Below, in pieces: positions 44,833 to 54,467 of a stretch of 64,000 nt of DNA. Under the pieces are notes generated by a model that saw only the letters and a program-made list of their open reading frames with translations, was not told the origin of the DNA and ran no database searches. The stretch lies in IMG/VR virus record IMGVR_UViG_3300017917_003143, positions 279,633 through 343,632 of that record. One strand, given 5' to 3'. The stretch's first letter is position 1; each line of letters starts with the position of its first letter. A program made the translations under genes and the position numbers.

Positions 44833-46439
44833 TGGCCACGCCAAATCCCTCAGAAGTAGCACCATGGTATCTGCGTAACATAACGCAGGCCCTGGAACTG
44901 GACGAAGCCACAGGCAATGTATTTGTCCGTACCAATGCGGCCATACTTGGCAATGTATCAGTGGGTAATGTATCTATTGGCGCATTAGGCAACATTGACC
45001 TAACAGGTAACACCATGCCGGTGTCTGTTATAGGCGATGTCACAGTTCTACAAGGCACCAATCCTTGGGTAGTCACTGGCAACACAAATGTAGCTATCAC
45101 ATCGGGCAATGTAGGCATCACAGGCAATGTCAACGTCACACAAGGTACAACACCTTGGACAGTGTCCGGCAATGTGGGGATCTCAGGCACAGCCAATGTT
45201 GTGTTGGCCGAAGATGCCAATGTAGTCATCTCAGGATTCAGCGGTGCTGTGTCAGATGCGTTTGGCCGACTGCGTGTGAGCGAACCTTACACCCTGTTTG
45301 ACACACAGGCTCGTTATTTTGATCATCAACAGTTTGCCAGCAACGTCACAGGCACTGGCAACGTTGTTTACGTACAAAATCAAAGCTCGTATCAACTCAA
45401 TGTGGGTTCAGCATCAGGCGACAGCGTACTAAGAGAAACCTTAAAAGCATTTCCTTATCAACCAGGCAAGAGTCAACTTACATTAAACACATTCTGTTTT
45501 AACACACCCAAGACCAATCTGCGCCAGCGTGTGGGATTGTTTGATGCTGACAACGGTGTGTTCTTTGAAAACGATGGAGAATACAACTACTTTGTGATCA
45601 GATCAGGCTCCACAGGAGTAGAAGAGCGTGTGCGTCAAGACGCCTGGAACGGCAATCAACTGCTTGGAGTAGTCAACACCAATAATCCCTCAGGTATAAA
45701 TCTATATCCTGATCGTACCCAGATCATGTTTGCTGACGTAGAGTGGTTGGGTGTGGGTTCGGTGCGTGTAGGATTTGTGATCAACGGTGCTTATGTCATC
45801 TGTCACACATTTAATCATGCTAACCAACCAGGCAATACAAAAGTCTACATGACCACGGCTACCTTGCCCATACGCTATGAGATAACCAACACTGGTGCTA
45901 CTACTGGTGCCAGCATGATGACACAGATATGTAGCTCGGTGATTTCTGAAGGGGGATTCCAGTTAGCAGGATCAGGTAATCCTCGTGCGGCCTCGCATGT
46001 TATAGGTACTCCGGTTCGATTGCCCAACGATCAGAGTTTTAAACCAGTGCTGTCAATCAGATTAAAGAGCACCAACTTAGATGCCGTGGTCATTCCTATC
46101 AACTATTCTTTGGTTCCTGTTGCACAGAGTTTATTCCAATACCGAATCTATAAAAAAGCTGTCACATCAGGCGGCTCATGGGTCAGTTCAGCCGCAGACA
46201 GTTCAGTGGAATACAATCTTGCACCTACCGCATTGGTATCTGGAGATATAGCGGAACAAACTTTTCTAAACTCCAGTAACCAAAGTAGTCAAGCACCTAC
46301 ACAGACATCATTTACATTCGTATATCAATTGGAGCGAGAGCCATTTACAGGCGTAGCATATGAATATGTGATCATGGCTGCCACCACAGGTACTAATCAA
46401 GACGTTTACGCCAGCATTGAATGGCAGGAGATTACATAA
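44832..46439 (+). CDS. Probable virion structural protein
   Basis: 535 aa; GNV repeats at N-terminus, DAFGRLRVSEPYTLFD motif, beta-sandwich-like composition. Confidence 0.6.
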   Translation: MATPNPSEVAPWYLRNITQALELDEATGNVFVRTNAAILGNVSVGNVSIGALGNIDLTGNTMPVSVIGDVTVLQGTNPWVVTGNTNVAITSGNVGITGNVNVTQGTTPWTVSGNVGISGTANVVLAEDANVVISGFSGAVSDAFGRLRVSEPYTLFDTQARYFDHQQFASNVTGTGNVVYVQNQSSYQLNVGSASGDSVLRETLKAFPYQPGKSQLTLNTFCFNTPKTNLRQRVGLFDADNGVFFENDGEYNYFVIRSGSTGVEERVRQDAWNGNQLLGVVNTNNPSGINLYPDRTQIMFADVEWLGVGSVRVGFVINGAYVICHTFNHANQPGNTKVYMTTATLPIRYEITNTGATTGASMMTQICSSVISEGGFQLAGSGNPRAASHVIGTPVRLPNDQSFKPVLSIRLKSTNLDAVVIPINYSLVPVAQSLFQYRIYKKAVTSGGSWVSSAADSSVEYNLAPTALVSGDIAEQTFLNSSNQSSQAPTQTSFTFVYQLEREPFTGVAYEYVIMAATTGTNQDVYASIEWQEIT

Positions 46440-47143
46440 TGAAAAAACTATTAGCCATTCTACTATTTGTACCCGTGGCAGTATGGGCACAAATCAATCA
46501 ACAATGTCCACAGTTTACCAGTCACGGCACACCTGCTTATCAAGCACAGCCAGGTGATCAAGAACTGTGTAAAACAAACTATGCTGTCATCCATCGTTGT
46601 TCAGTCAAAGCACCTGTGGCAGTGTTTGAACATTTGACAGTGGCCGCAATGACAGGTCCTGCCAAACGTAAAGACAACTTCCGACCAGATCCTGCTGTAC
46701 ATCCAGAATGTCAAGCTACCTTGGCCGACTATGCCACAGTGGGCCGCACACACGATCGCGGACACATGGCTCCGGCGGCTAACAACACACAAAATGATCA
46801 GATCATGAGCGAAAGCTTCTTCTTATCAAACATGGTAGCACAAGTGGCCAACAACAATCGTGGTATCTGGAAACAGTTGGAAACTTGGGAACGTGACTGG
46901 GCCATGAAAGGCGGAGACTTCTACATCATCTCCGGTGGTATCTTTGATCAAGGTCATCCAGTGACAGGCAATGGATTGGGCATACCCACACGCCTTTACA
47001 AAGTCATACACGAAAAAGCATCAGGACAGACCATGGCATATCTCATGCCCAATGCTCCACTACCTGTTGCAGATTTACCTAAGTATCAAGTTCCACTGGA
47101 AGCAGTAGAACAAGCCACAGGCTTCCGTTTTCCTTTTAGATGA
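46439..47143 (+). CDS. Non-specific DNA/RNA endonuclease (NucA/Serratia family) with signal peptide
   Basis: Start ATG 46439 (TAATG coupling); MKKLLAILLFVPVAVWA signal; DRGHMAP, ESFFLSNM.AQ...NRGIWKQLE. Confidence 0.9.
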   Translation: MKKLLAILLFVPVAVWAQINQQCPQFTSHGTPAYQAQPGDQELCKTNYAVIHRCSVKAPVAVFEHLTVAAMTGPAKRKDNFRPDPAVHPECQATLADYATVGRTHDRGHMAPAANNTQNDQIMSESFFLSNMVAQVANNNRGIWKQLETWERDWAMKGGDFYIISGGIFDQGHPVTGNGLGIPTRLYKVIHEKASGQTMAYLMPNAPLPVADLPKYQVPLEAVEQATGFRFPFR

Positions 47144-47343
47144 CCGCAGAAGAACTACAGAGACTCGCTGGTATAGGAGTTTATCGACCATATAACCTGC
47201 CTCCAACGGCAGGTTCTAACATCAGCATCACTGGCAATGAAAAAGGCGAGCTGATGAAAAAACACAACATCCAGCCAGGCACACCTGAGTGGTTCCAGTT
47301 ATGGTTCAGTAAGCCTTACTTGACTGGTGAGCATCCTCTTTGA
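47140..47343 (+). CDS. Small hypothetical protein (67 aa)
   Basis: ATGA-coupled; ELQRLAGI motif. Confidence 0.65.
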   Translation: MTAEELQRLAGIGVYRPYNLPPTAGSNISITGNEKGELMKKHNIQPGTPEWFQLWFSKPYLTGEHPL

Positions 47344-47851
47344 GACCCAAGTAAAGATTCCAGCTGGGGTGCCGTACACCGCGATAGGTGCTTTTCACAG
47401 AGTTGACCAAGGCCCAGTAGTTAGGCTTTACAGGAGCTTTGTTTGGCCTCCAGATCTTGTTGCCTTTTTCTGAGTTACACTCTTTACAGGCAGTGACACA
47501 GTTTTCCCACGTAGTGGTTCCGCCTTGTGCTCGAGGTAGCACATGATCGATGGTGAGTTCACGGCCGTTGAATGTTTCGTCGCAGTATTGGCAAGTGAAT
47601 AGATCTCGTAGATAAAGATTCTGCCTGCTGAATCGCATGCCGCCATTTTTGCCAAAACCTCGCTTGGTCACGGCCACAGCAGGGACTCGCATCTCCAGCT
47701 TGGCGCTTCGTACGACCCAATCATCATACCATTCTAACACTTGGATTTTGTCCAAGAAGAATAGTTTAACCGCTGTTTGCCAATCAATTGTGCTGAGTGG
47801 CAAGTAATTGACCGGTTGGTAGTCCGGTGCTAATATAAGGGTATCACTCAT
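47306..47851 (-). CDS. HNH endonuclease (McrA-like)
   Basis: RDLFTCQYC...LTIDHVLPRAQGG...WENCVTACKECNSEKG. Confidence 0.92.
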   Translation of the reverse strand: MSDTLILAPDYQPVNYLPLSTIDWQTAVKLFFLDKIQVLEWYDDWVVRSAKLEMRVPAVAVTKRGFGKNGGMRFSRQNLYLRDLFTCQYCDETFNGRELTIDHVLPRAQGGTTTWENCVTACKECNSEKGNKIWRPNKAPVKPNYWALVNSVKSTYRGVRHPSWNLYLGLKEDAHQSSKAY

Positions 47852-47889
47852 AAGAATATTTATATGCTAACATTTTGGTAAGTAATACT

Positions 47890-49455
47890 ATGTCAAAGAG
47901 TTTAGAAGGTGTATTAGTCAAGGCTCCTCATCGGCGCCAACCCTACACTGAACAACAAATCGAAGAATTCGTGAAATGTGCAGACCCTATCACAGGTCCT
48001 CATTATTTCATGTCAAACTTCTTTTTCATCCAACATCCTTTGCATGGCAAGATGTTGTACCAGCCCTATGAATTCCAAGACAGGCTGATAGAAACATATC
48101 ACAATTATAGATTCTCTATCAGCATGATGCCACGACAAACGGGCAAATCGACCTCGGCTGCTGGCTATCTTTTATGGTACGCTATGTTTGTACCAGACTC
48201 GACAATTTTGGTCGCGGCGCACAAGTATTTAGGCGCACAAGAAATTATGCAACGTGTACGATATGCTTATGAAGCCTGTCCAGATCATATCCGTGCTGGT
48301 GTGACATCGTACAATAAAGGATCTATAGAATTTGATAACGGTAGTCGTATTGTAGCACAAACTACTACTGAAAATACCGGTCGTGGTATGTCTATCACAC
48401 TCCTGTACTGTGACGAGTTTGCATTTGTAAGACCTACCATAGCCAAAGAGTTTTGGACTTCTATCACTCCTACATTGTCAACTGGTGGTAAGGCGATCAT
48501 TACATCAACACCAAACTCAGACGAAGATCAGTTTGCCTTGATCTGGAAGCTGGCCAACAAGCTGGAGGATGACTATGGCAACCCAACAGAGATAGGCCAA
48601 AACGGATTCCGTGCGTTCCGTGCGTTTTGGAGAGAGCACCCAGATCGTGACGAAAATTGGGCAAAACAACAAAGAGCAATACTGGGTGAAGAACGATTCC
48701 GTCGAGAGATGGACTGCGAATTCATCATCGATGATGAAACATTGATAGCACCTACCAAACTAGTTGATCTGACATCAAGAGACCCATTGTATAAAACAGG
48801 ACAGGTGCGCTGGTTCCAGAACCCACAACCTGATCGATTCTATGTAGTAGCGTTAGACCCCAGTCTGGGCACCGGCGGCGACCCTGCTGCCATACAAGTG
48901 TTTGATGCCAACACCACCGAGCAAATAGCCGAATGGAGGCACAACAGGACCACGATACCTGAACAGGTACGTATCCTGGCAGATATCTGCAAACACATCA
49001 ACGAAAAGATCAAAGATTCAAAGAGTATCTACTACAGCATAGAAAACAACACCATTGGCGAAGCCGCACTGATATCTATAGCAGAGTACGGCGAAGAAAA
49101 CATACAGGGCTATTTCCTCAGCGAATCAGGTGGCACCAGCGGGCGTAGATATCGTAAAGGATTTAACACTACTAACAAGCCCAAGCTGGCAGCTTGTGCC
49201 AAGATGAAAAATCTGATAGAAACAGGGCGCATGAAAATACACTCAGCCAGCTTAGTCACTGAGCTTAAAAACTTTATCGCATCGGGCGCTGGATATGCCG
49301 CAAAAGCTGGAGAAACTGATGATTTAGTGATGGCTACTATACTTGCAGTGCGCATGATGCAACTGTTGCAGAGCTATCACACTGAACTGGACACGCAATT
49401 ACGAGATCACAGCGACACGGTCATAGAACCCATGCCATTCATAGCAGCCTTCTAA
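47890..49455 (+). CDS. gp17: Terminase large subunit (T4 gp17-like)
   Basis: PRQTGKS Walker A, LLYCDEFAF Walker B, ITSTPN, ALDPSLG, DDLVMA nuclease motifs; likely start ATG 47890. Confidence 0.96.
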   Translation: MSKSLEGVLVKAPHRRQPYTEQQIEEFVKCADPITGPHYFMSNFFFIQHPLHGKMLYQPYEFQDRLIETYHNYRFSISMMPRQTGKSTSAAGYLLWYAMFVPDSTILVAAHKYLGAQEIMQRVRYAYEACPDHIRAGVTSYNKGSIEFDNGSRIVAQTTTENTGRGMSITLLYCDEFAFVRPTIAKEFWTSITPTLSTGGKAIITSTPNSDEDQFALIWKLANKLEDDYGNPTEIGQNGFRAFRAFWREHPDRDENWAKQQRAILGEERFRREMDCEFIIDDETLIAPTKLVDLTSRDPLYKTGQVRWFQNPQPDRFYVVALDPSLGTGGDPAAIQVFDANTTEQIAEWRHNRTTIPEQVRILADICKHINEKIKDSKSIYYSIENNTIGEAALISIAEYGEENIQGYFLSESGGTSGRRYRKGFNTTNKPKLAACAKMKNLIETGRMKIHSASLVTELKNFIASGAGYAAKAGETDDLVMATILAVRMMQLLQSYHTELDTQLRDHSDTVIEPMPFIAAF

Positions 49456-49468
49456 TAAATACATTACT

Positions 49469-50863
49469 ATGAGTCAATCAAACACTGCTTCCCAACAATT
49501 ATATGATCTATTAGTTTCGCGCGATTTTGAGCCCGAAGCACTGGACGCCGCTGGCAAACCCGCTGCCGACCCGGGCGAAGCAGATATCATCAGTTTTGAT
49601 TACAAGACACAGGAAAAAGATTACGGTACTGTGGTGCTGGTAATTGACGAAGAAAACAATCTTGATGTGTACTACGGCGACAACATGGGTCGCGCCATGG
49701 AAGGCGAAGACAAGGGAGACTGGTATGATTTCCTTTATCTCTTGCGTATGTTTGCCAAGCGCAATTTATTGACATTCAGCCTTAAAAATCTATCTCGACT
49801 CAAGTACAGCATGAGAACCATGGCCGCTGTCAAAGAGAGCTTGTTTGAAGGATACTACGGTAACCGCCGAGTCAGCTACAGCGATCAGCCCAACAAAGCA
49901 CGTTTGGTAATCAAACATAATCGCAATCTGGGTGAAGGTGATGCACGTTTCCGTCATATCGAAAGTTTGTTTGTAGAAAACGACAAGGGCGAACGATTCC
50001 GTGTACCATCGAAAAGTTTAATCGAAGGACGCATACTTGCTCGCCATGTAGCCGAAGGTGGCAATCCATACGATGCATTTGGTCAACACATATCTGAAAT
50101 GGTCAAAGATTTAAAAACATTGGCCAACTTCGTCAGAGTAGCCCGCCACAAAGATTACACAGGCGAAGCAAGCCACATGGTAGAAAGCGCCATCAAGCAT
50201 TACACAGAACTCAAAGCCAAAGCCAAGCGCATGATCAGTCGTCGTGGGTATCACGAAGCATTGGACAGTTTTGATCCGTCAGTAATCACACCAGTTGACG
50301 AAGCAGTTGAAACCATTAGAGAACTATTTGTACAGCAAACACTAGATCCTCGTGTAGAGCAGGCTTTGCCTGTGCTGGCCAGATTGCAAGAACAAGAAAC
50401 CATCATGAAAGAAGTAAATGATTTTGAGTCCTGGACCAATCAGATGATGGAAGGAACCTGGGCACTGGCAGATACACCTGAACTAGTAAAAAAACTACAG
50501 GATCTGATGAGCAAGGAACTCATAGTGGGTCCTGATGCTACCAATGCCACAGAACAATTATATGATCTCGTGGGAGACGATCAACTGTTTGACATACTTG
50601 ACGATATAGCTCAAGTCAATCCAGACGCCAATGCCTGGGATGATCCAAGAGTACAACAGAGACTGGCTCAATTAGGAGTGGCCATGCCCAGTGTAAATGC
50701 CCAAGCCGACTCTGATAAAGATCTTGATACCACTGATCTCAAAGAAGGATCGTGCAACATGACTCGTGAAGGTGTAGAATGTCCTGTACACGGAATGAAC
50801 GAATGTGGTATGTACGAATCTCGTGATTTAGAAAGAATCAAGACTCTCGCTGTAGTAAAATGA
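49469..50863 (+). CDS. Hypothetical late protein (464 aa)
   Basis: TAAATA 7 nt upstream; ends CPVHG...ERIKTLAVVK. Confidence 0.7.
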   Translation: MSQSNTASQQLYDLLVSRDFEPEALDAAGKPAADPGEADIISFDYKTQEKDYGTVVLVIDEENNLDVYYGDNMGRAMEGEDKGDWYDFLYLLRMFAKRNLLTFSLKNLSRLKYSMRTMAAVKESLFEGYYGNRRVSYSDQPNKARLVIKHNRNLGEGDARFRHIESLFVENDKGERFRVPSKSLIEGRILARHVAEGGNPYDAFGQHISEMVKDLKTLANFVRVARHKDYTGEASHMVESAIKHYTELKAKAKRMISRRGYHEALDSFDPSVITPVDEAVETIRELFVQQTLDPRVEQALPVLARLQEQETIMKEVNDFESWTNQMMEGTWALADTPELVKKLQDLMSKELIVGPDATNATEQLYDLVGDDQLFDILDDIAQVNPDANAWDDPRVQQRLAQLGVAMPSVNAQADSDKDLDTTDLKEGSCNMTREGVECPVHGMNECGMYESRDLERIKTLAVVK

Positions 50864-51435
50864 ATTGCTATCGCGTAAATTCTCAACTTTGGTTAGCAGA
50901 CGATTTTTTCACCAACGAGCGGTTCAAAGAGATTAAAAATCTTTATCGCAACAATCGTGTGCCATTTACCATGCAATACGACAATCGGTTGTTGACCCCT
51001 TGGGACTCTACACCTGAGCTACAAGAAATAGTACAGCAAGAAACGCAACGTATTTCAGAAATAGTCAAACAACCACTGTCTCCGCAAGTGGCTTACATTA
51101 GCATCGATCTTGCTGGAAGTTCTATCATGATGCATCGACTGCATCCGGATATCTACGTACAGGCACAGATAGTGCTCGGCGAAACATCAGATGCGATGAT
51201 GGATTTTGCTTTTTGTAACAATCAAGAAATCAATAGATCTTCTGAGCTGGACTATCAACCTATACGTAAGATCAGCAGGCACGATGTGGACTTGGCACAC
51301 TATCATCCCAATTCAGCATCGATCTATTTTAACGATCCAAGGGGGTTTGTGGGCATGCTTGGTCAAGTACCAAGAAACACAGTGAGAGAAGTCCTGGTAC
51401 TCAGTTACACACGTTATACTGAAACACAACACTAG
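50860..51435 (+). CDS. Degenerate 2OG-Fe(II) oxygenase-like protein
   Basis: Aligns by eye with 51401-51964, but has HRL in place of HxD. Confidence 0.4.
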   Translation: MNCYRVNSQLWLADDFFTNERFKEIKNLYRNNRVPFTMQYDNRLLTPWDSTPELQEIVQQETQRISEIVKQPLSPQVAYISIDLAGSSIMMHRLHPDIYVQAQIVLGETSDAMMDFAFCNNQEINRSSELDYQPIRKISRHDVDLAHYHPNSASIYFNDPRGFVGMLGQVPRNTVREVLVLSYTRYTETQH

Positions 51436-51964
51436 ACCGAGTTCCTAATCCTCTCATTACCTGATGTACTTTTGAATCAATATTGAGATTGATATAACCG
51501 TGGTTGGGTCGTATAGCGATCTCATGAGGGGGTTCCACATGCATGAATTCGACCCCGTGGCAGGGCTCATTGGAATCAGAATGCACATCTACATAAACTT
51601 GATATGTGACAACGATATCGGTAGCATCTGAGTGTGGCTGGCAACCAAAGTTAGGCAGATCCAACCAATATTTCACGACCATGAGATTTAGATCCTGTCC
51701 AGTGATCTCATTGAGTTTGGGTATGATATCCAATCCAATCTGCTGTAATCTTTCATAGTCGGCGCCAGGCTTTAACCATAGACGATGATGCGGCCTGGTG
51801 ACTTCGAATTCGTTGCCCTCATTGACTGTGATGTCCTGTAACCATTGTAAAGTCTCAGCCGAAAAGCACTGATCTACTTCCCAGCAGTTGGGAGCCACTG
51901 ATTCGATCAAACAAGTTTCGTCATAAATCTTGACTTGCTGTGCAGATGTGTTATACTGTGTCAT
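51401..51964 (-). CDS. 2OG-Fe(II) oxygenase-like protein
   Basis: WLD.PNF..QPHSD...YQVY...G.EF...N.GY.N.N...H; likely start ATG 51964. Confidence 0.65.
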   Translation of the reverse strand: MTQYNTSAQQVKIYDETCLIESVAPNCWEVDQCFSAETLQWLQDITVNEGNEFEVTRPHHRLWLKPGADYERLQQIGLDIIPKLNEITGQDLNLMVVKYWLDLPNFGCQPHSDATDIVVTYQVYVDVHSDSNEPCHGVEFMHVEPPHEIAIRPNHGYINLNIDSKVHQVMRGLGTRSSVVFQYNVCN

Positions 51965-52019
51965 ATGCTGATATTTAAGTACCAAATCGCATCTTCAGAA
52001 GAAAAATCACCTTTTGACG

Positions 52020-52047
52020 TTGACAGTATAAATATCTATGCTACACT
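52020..52047 (+). promoter_or_regulatory. Nested sigma70 and late promoters for gp32
   Basis: TTGACA (52020-52025), 16 nt, TGcTACACT; TATAAATA (52027-52034) inside the spacer. Confidence 0.65.
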
Positions 52048-52110
52048 CAGTAGGGTGTATGCAAGGCATATATAGGCAATTTAAAATTTCTTGAAAGGAC
52101 AATTTCTATT

Positions 52111-53100
52111 ATGGCATCTTTAGCAGAAATCCGCGCTCGACTACAAGCCGCAGAGTCGAACAAAGGCGGTAATCAACAATCAGGCGGCGACAACGCAATT
52201 TATCCCCACTGGAACATCGACGAAGGACAGAGTGCAACACTCCGTTTCCTACCTGACGGTGACTCAAAGAACACTTTCTTCTGGGTTGAACGTGCGATGA
52301 TCAAACTGCCATTCAATGGCATCAAAGGGGAAATGGAATCCAAACAGGTCCAAGTGCAAGTTCCTTGTGTGGAAATGTGGGGTGAGGCATGTCCTATCCT
52401 TGCAGAAGTTCGCACATGGTTCAAAGACAAAGCTCTTGAAGACATGGGCCGTAAGTATTGGAAAAAGCGTAGTTACATCATGCAAGGTTTCGTTCGTGAG
52501 AACCCACTTGCAGATGACAAGACACCGGAGAATCCGATCCGCCGATTCATCATCGGTCCTCAGATTTTCCAAACAATCAAGTCAGCACTCATGGATCCAG
52601 AATTGGAAGAGTTGCCAACTGACTTGATGCGTGGTCTGGACTTCCGTATCACCAAGACAAGCAAAGGTGGATACGCAGACTACTCAACTTCTAAATGGGC
52701 TCGTAAGGAAAGCGCATTGACTGAAGCAGAACAAGCCGCTCTTGAGGCACATGGTTTGTTCACGCTCTCCGACTTCCTTCCTAAGAAACCATCAGAGGCC
52801 GAACTCAAAGTCATGAAAGAAATGTTTGAAGCTTCGGTTGATGGCAAACCTTATGATCCCGACCGTTGGGGTGCGTACTTCCGCCCTGCTGGTGTAGCGG
52901 CTCCGCAAGGTTCTTCCGCAGGCTCTGAAACTGTAGCAGAACAAGCCGCACCAGTAGCAAAGGCCGCGCCTGCTTCTTCTACCAGCTCGTTTGATGAAGA
53001 GGATGATGCACCGGCTGCCACAGCACCGGTAGAAGCCAAGCCAACTCAGAAGGCTGAGGATATCTTGGCAATGATCCGCGCTCGTCAGAACAAACAGTAA
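52111..53100 (+). CDS. gp32: Single-stranded DNA-binding protein (T4 gp32-like)
   Basis: A.LRFLP, CPIL, YWKKRSY, D...G.DFRI.K...GGYADYS.SKW; acidic tail. Confidence 0.92.
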   Translation: MASLAEIRARLQAAESNKGGNQQSGGDNAIYPHWNIDEGQSATLRFLPDGDSKNTFFWVERAMIKLPFNGIKGEMESKQVQVQVPCVEMWGEACPILAEVRTWFKDKALEDMGRKYWKKRSYIMQGFVRENPLADDKTPENPIRRFIIGPQIFQTIKSALMDPELEELPTDLMRGLDFRITKTSKGGYADYSTSKWARKESALTEAEQAALEAHGLFTLSDFLPKKPSEAELKVMKEMFEASVDGKPYDPDRWGAYFRPAGVAAPQGSSAGSETVAEQAAPVAKAAPASSTSSFDEEDDAPAATAPVEAKPTQKAEDILAMIRARQNKQ

Positions 53101-53115
53101 TATATACGAGCACTC

Positions 53116-53148
53116 AGCACAAGGGTATCTTGCCCTTGTGCTTCTTCT
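53116..53148 (+). terminator. Hairpin / terminator between gp32 and uvsX
   Basis: AGCACAAGGG-TATCTTG-CCCTTGTGCT then TCTTCT. Confidence 0.65.
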
Positions 53149-53165
53149 CAAACAATAGGTGAAAT

Positions 53166-54224
53166 ATGGGTAAACCCTTTGACGTATCTAAATTCCGGAA
53201 GGAAATTACAAAATCTATCGACGGCTTGTCGATTGGATTCAACGATCCTACAGATTGGATCTCCACAGGCAACTTTGCGCTTAACTACCTTATCTCGGGC
53301 GACTTCAACAAAGGCGTACCGTTGGGCAAAGTCACTGTGTTTGCTGGCGAATCAGGTGCTGGCAAATCGTATATCTGTTCAGGCAATATCATCAAGAACG
53401 CACAAGAACAAGGTATCTTTGTTGTACTGATCGACTCAGAGAACGCACTAGACGAAGCTTGGTTACATGCGTTGGGCGTAAGCACCGATGAATCAAAATT
53501 GCTTAAACTCAGCATGGCCATGATCGACGATGTGGCCAAAACCATTTCGACATTCATGGGCGATTACAAGGCCTTGCCCGATGGTGAGCGTCCTAAAGTA
53601 TTGTTTGTGATTGACTCACTGGGTATGTTGCTCACCCCTACTGATATCAATCAGTTTGACAGTGGTGATTTAAAAGGTGACTTGGGTCGTAAGCCTAAAG
53701 CACTCACCGCCTTGGTTCGTAACTGTGTCAACATGTTTGGTAGTTATAATGTAGGTTTGGTGTGTACTAATCACACATACGCAAGCCAAGATATGTTTGA
53801 CCCAGATGACAAGATCTCAGGTGGACAAGGCTTCATCTACGCAAGTTCTATCGTTGTTGCTATGAAGAAACTCAAGCTCAAAGAGGACGAGGATGGCAAC
53901 AAGATCAGTGACGTTATGGGTATTCGTTCGGCCTGTAAGGTCATGAAAACACGTTATGCCAAACCCTTCGAAGGTGTACAGGTCAAGATTCCTTATGAGA
54001 CAGGTATGAATCCTTATTCAGGACTCACTGACTTGGCTGAAAAGAAAGGCTTGCTTAAGAAAGATGGTAACAGACTTATGTTTGTGACCAGCGAAGGCGA
54101 GATTATCAAATACTTCCGCAAAGGATGGGAATCCAATGAAGATGGATGCCTTGACAAGGTCATGGTCGATTTTAAAAATCAGAAGACCGAGGTAAGTACA
54201 GCTGAATCAGAACAGGAGGAATAA
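53166..54224 (+). CDS. uvsX: RecA-like recombinase UvsX
   Basis: GESGAGKS Walker A, IDSENA, VIDSLG, NHTY, SGG.GFIYASS. Confidence 0.95.
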   Translation: MGKPFDVSKFRKEITKSIDGLSIGFNDPTDWISTGNFALNYLISGDFNKGVPLGKVTVFAGESGAGKSYICSGNIIKNAQEQGIFVVLIDSENALDEAWLHALGVSTDESKLLKLSMAMIDDVAKTISTFMGDYKALPDGERPKVLFVIDSLGMLLTPTDINQFDSGDLKGDLGRKPKALTALVRNCVNMFGSYNVGLVCTNHTYASQDMFDPDDKISGGQGFIYASSIVVAMKKLKLKEDEDGNKISDVMGIRSACKVMKTRYAKPFEGVQVKIPYETGMNPYSGLTDLAEKKGLLKKDGNRLMFVTSEGEIIKYFRKGWESNEDGCLDKVMVDFKNQKTEVSTAESEQEE

Positions 54225-54227
54225 CTG

Positions 54228-54467
54228 ATGTCAGTGGAATTAGCAAGTGAACTTTGGTCAGAAATCAAACGATATGTCAACTCTGTAGACCGTAACGAAG
54301 CCGCAGAAACCGTAGTTAGTATTCTCATCGACAACGACATTGATGCAGAAGATATCAAATCAGCTTTCAAAGGTGATGGTGATATCAAACGTGCATTGGC
54401 AGAATATCTCAAGGAAGAAGAAGAACTTGAGGAAGAAGAAGAGGATGACTACGAGGATGACTATTGA
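54228..54467 (+). CDS. Small acidic hypothetical protein
   Basis: 79 aa with poly-E/D tail; SD AGGAGG. Confidence 0.7.
   Translation: MSVELASELWSEIKRYVNSVDRNEAAETVVSILIDNDIDAEDIKSAFKGDGDIKRALAEYLKEEEELEEEEEDDYEDDY

Noticed and set aside
47890-54224. Intein or intron in terminase, gp32 or UvsX
   Set aside because: Lengths are ordinary (521, 329 and 352 aa), motifs are contiguous and no splice motifs were seen.
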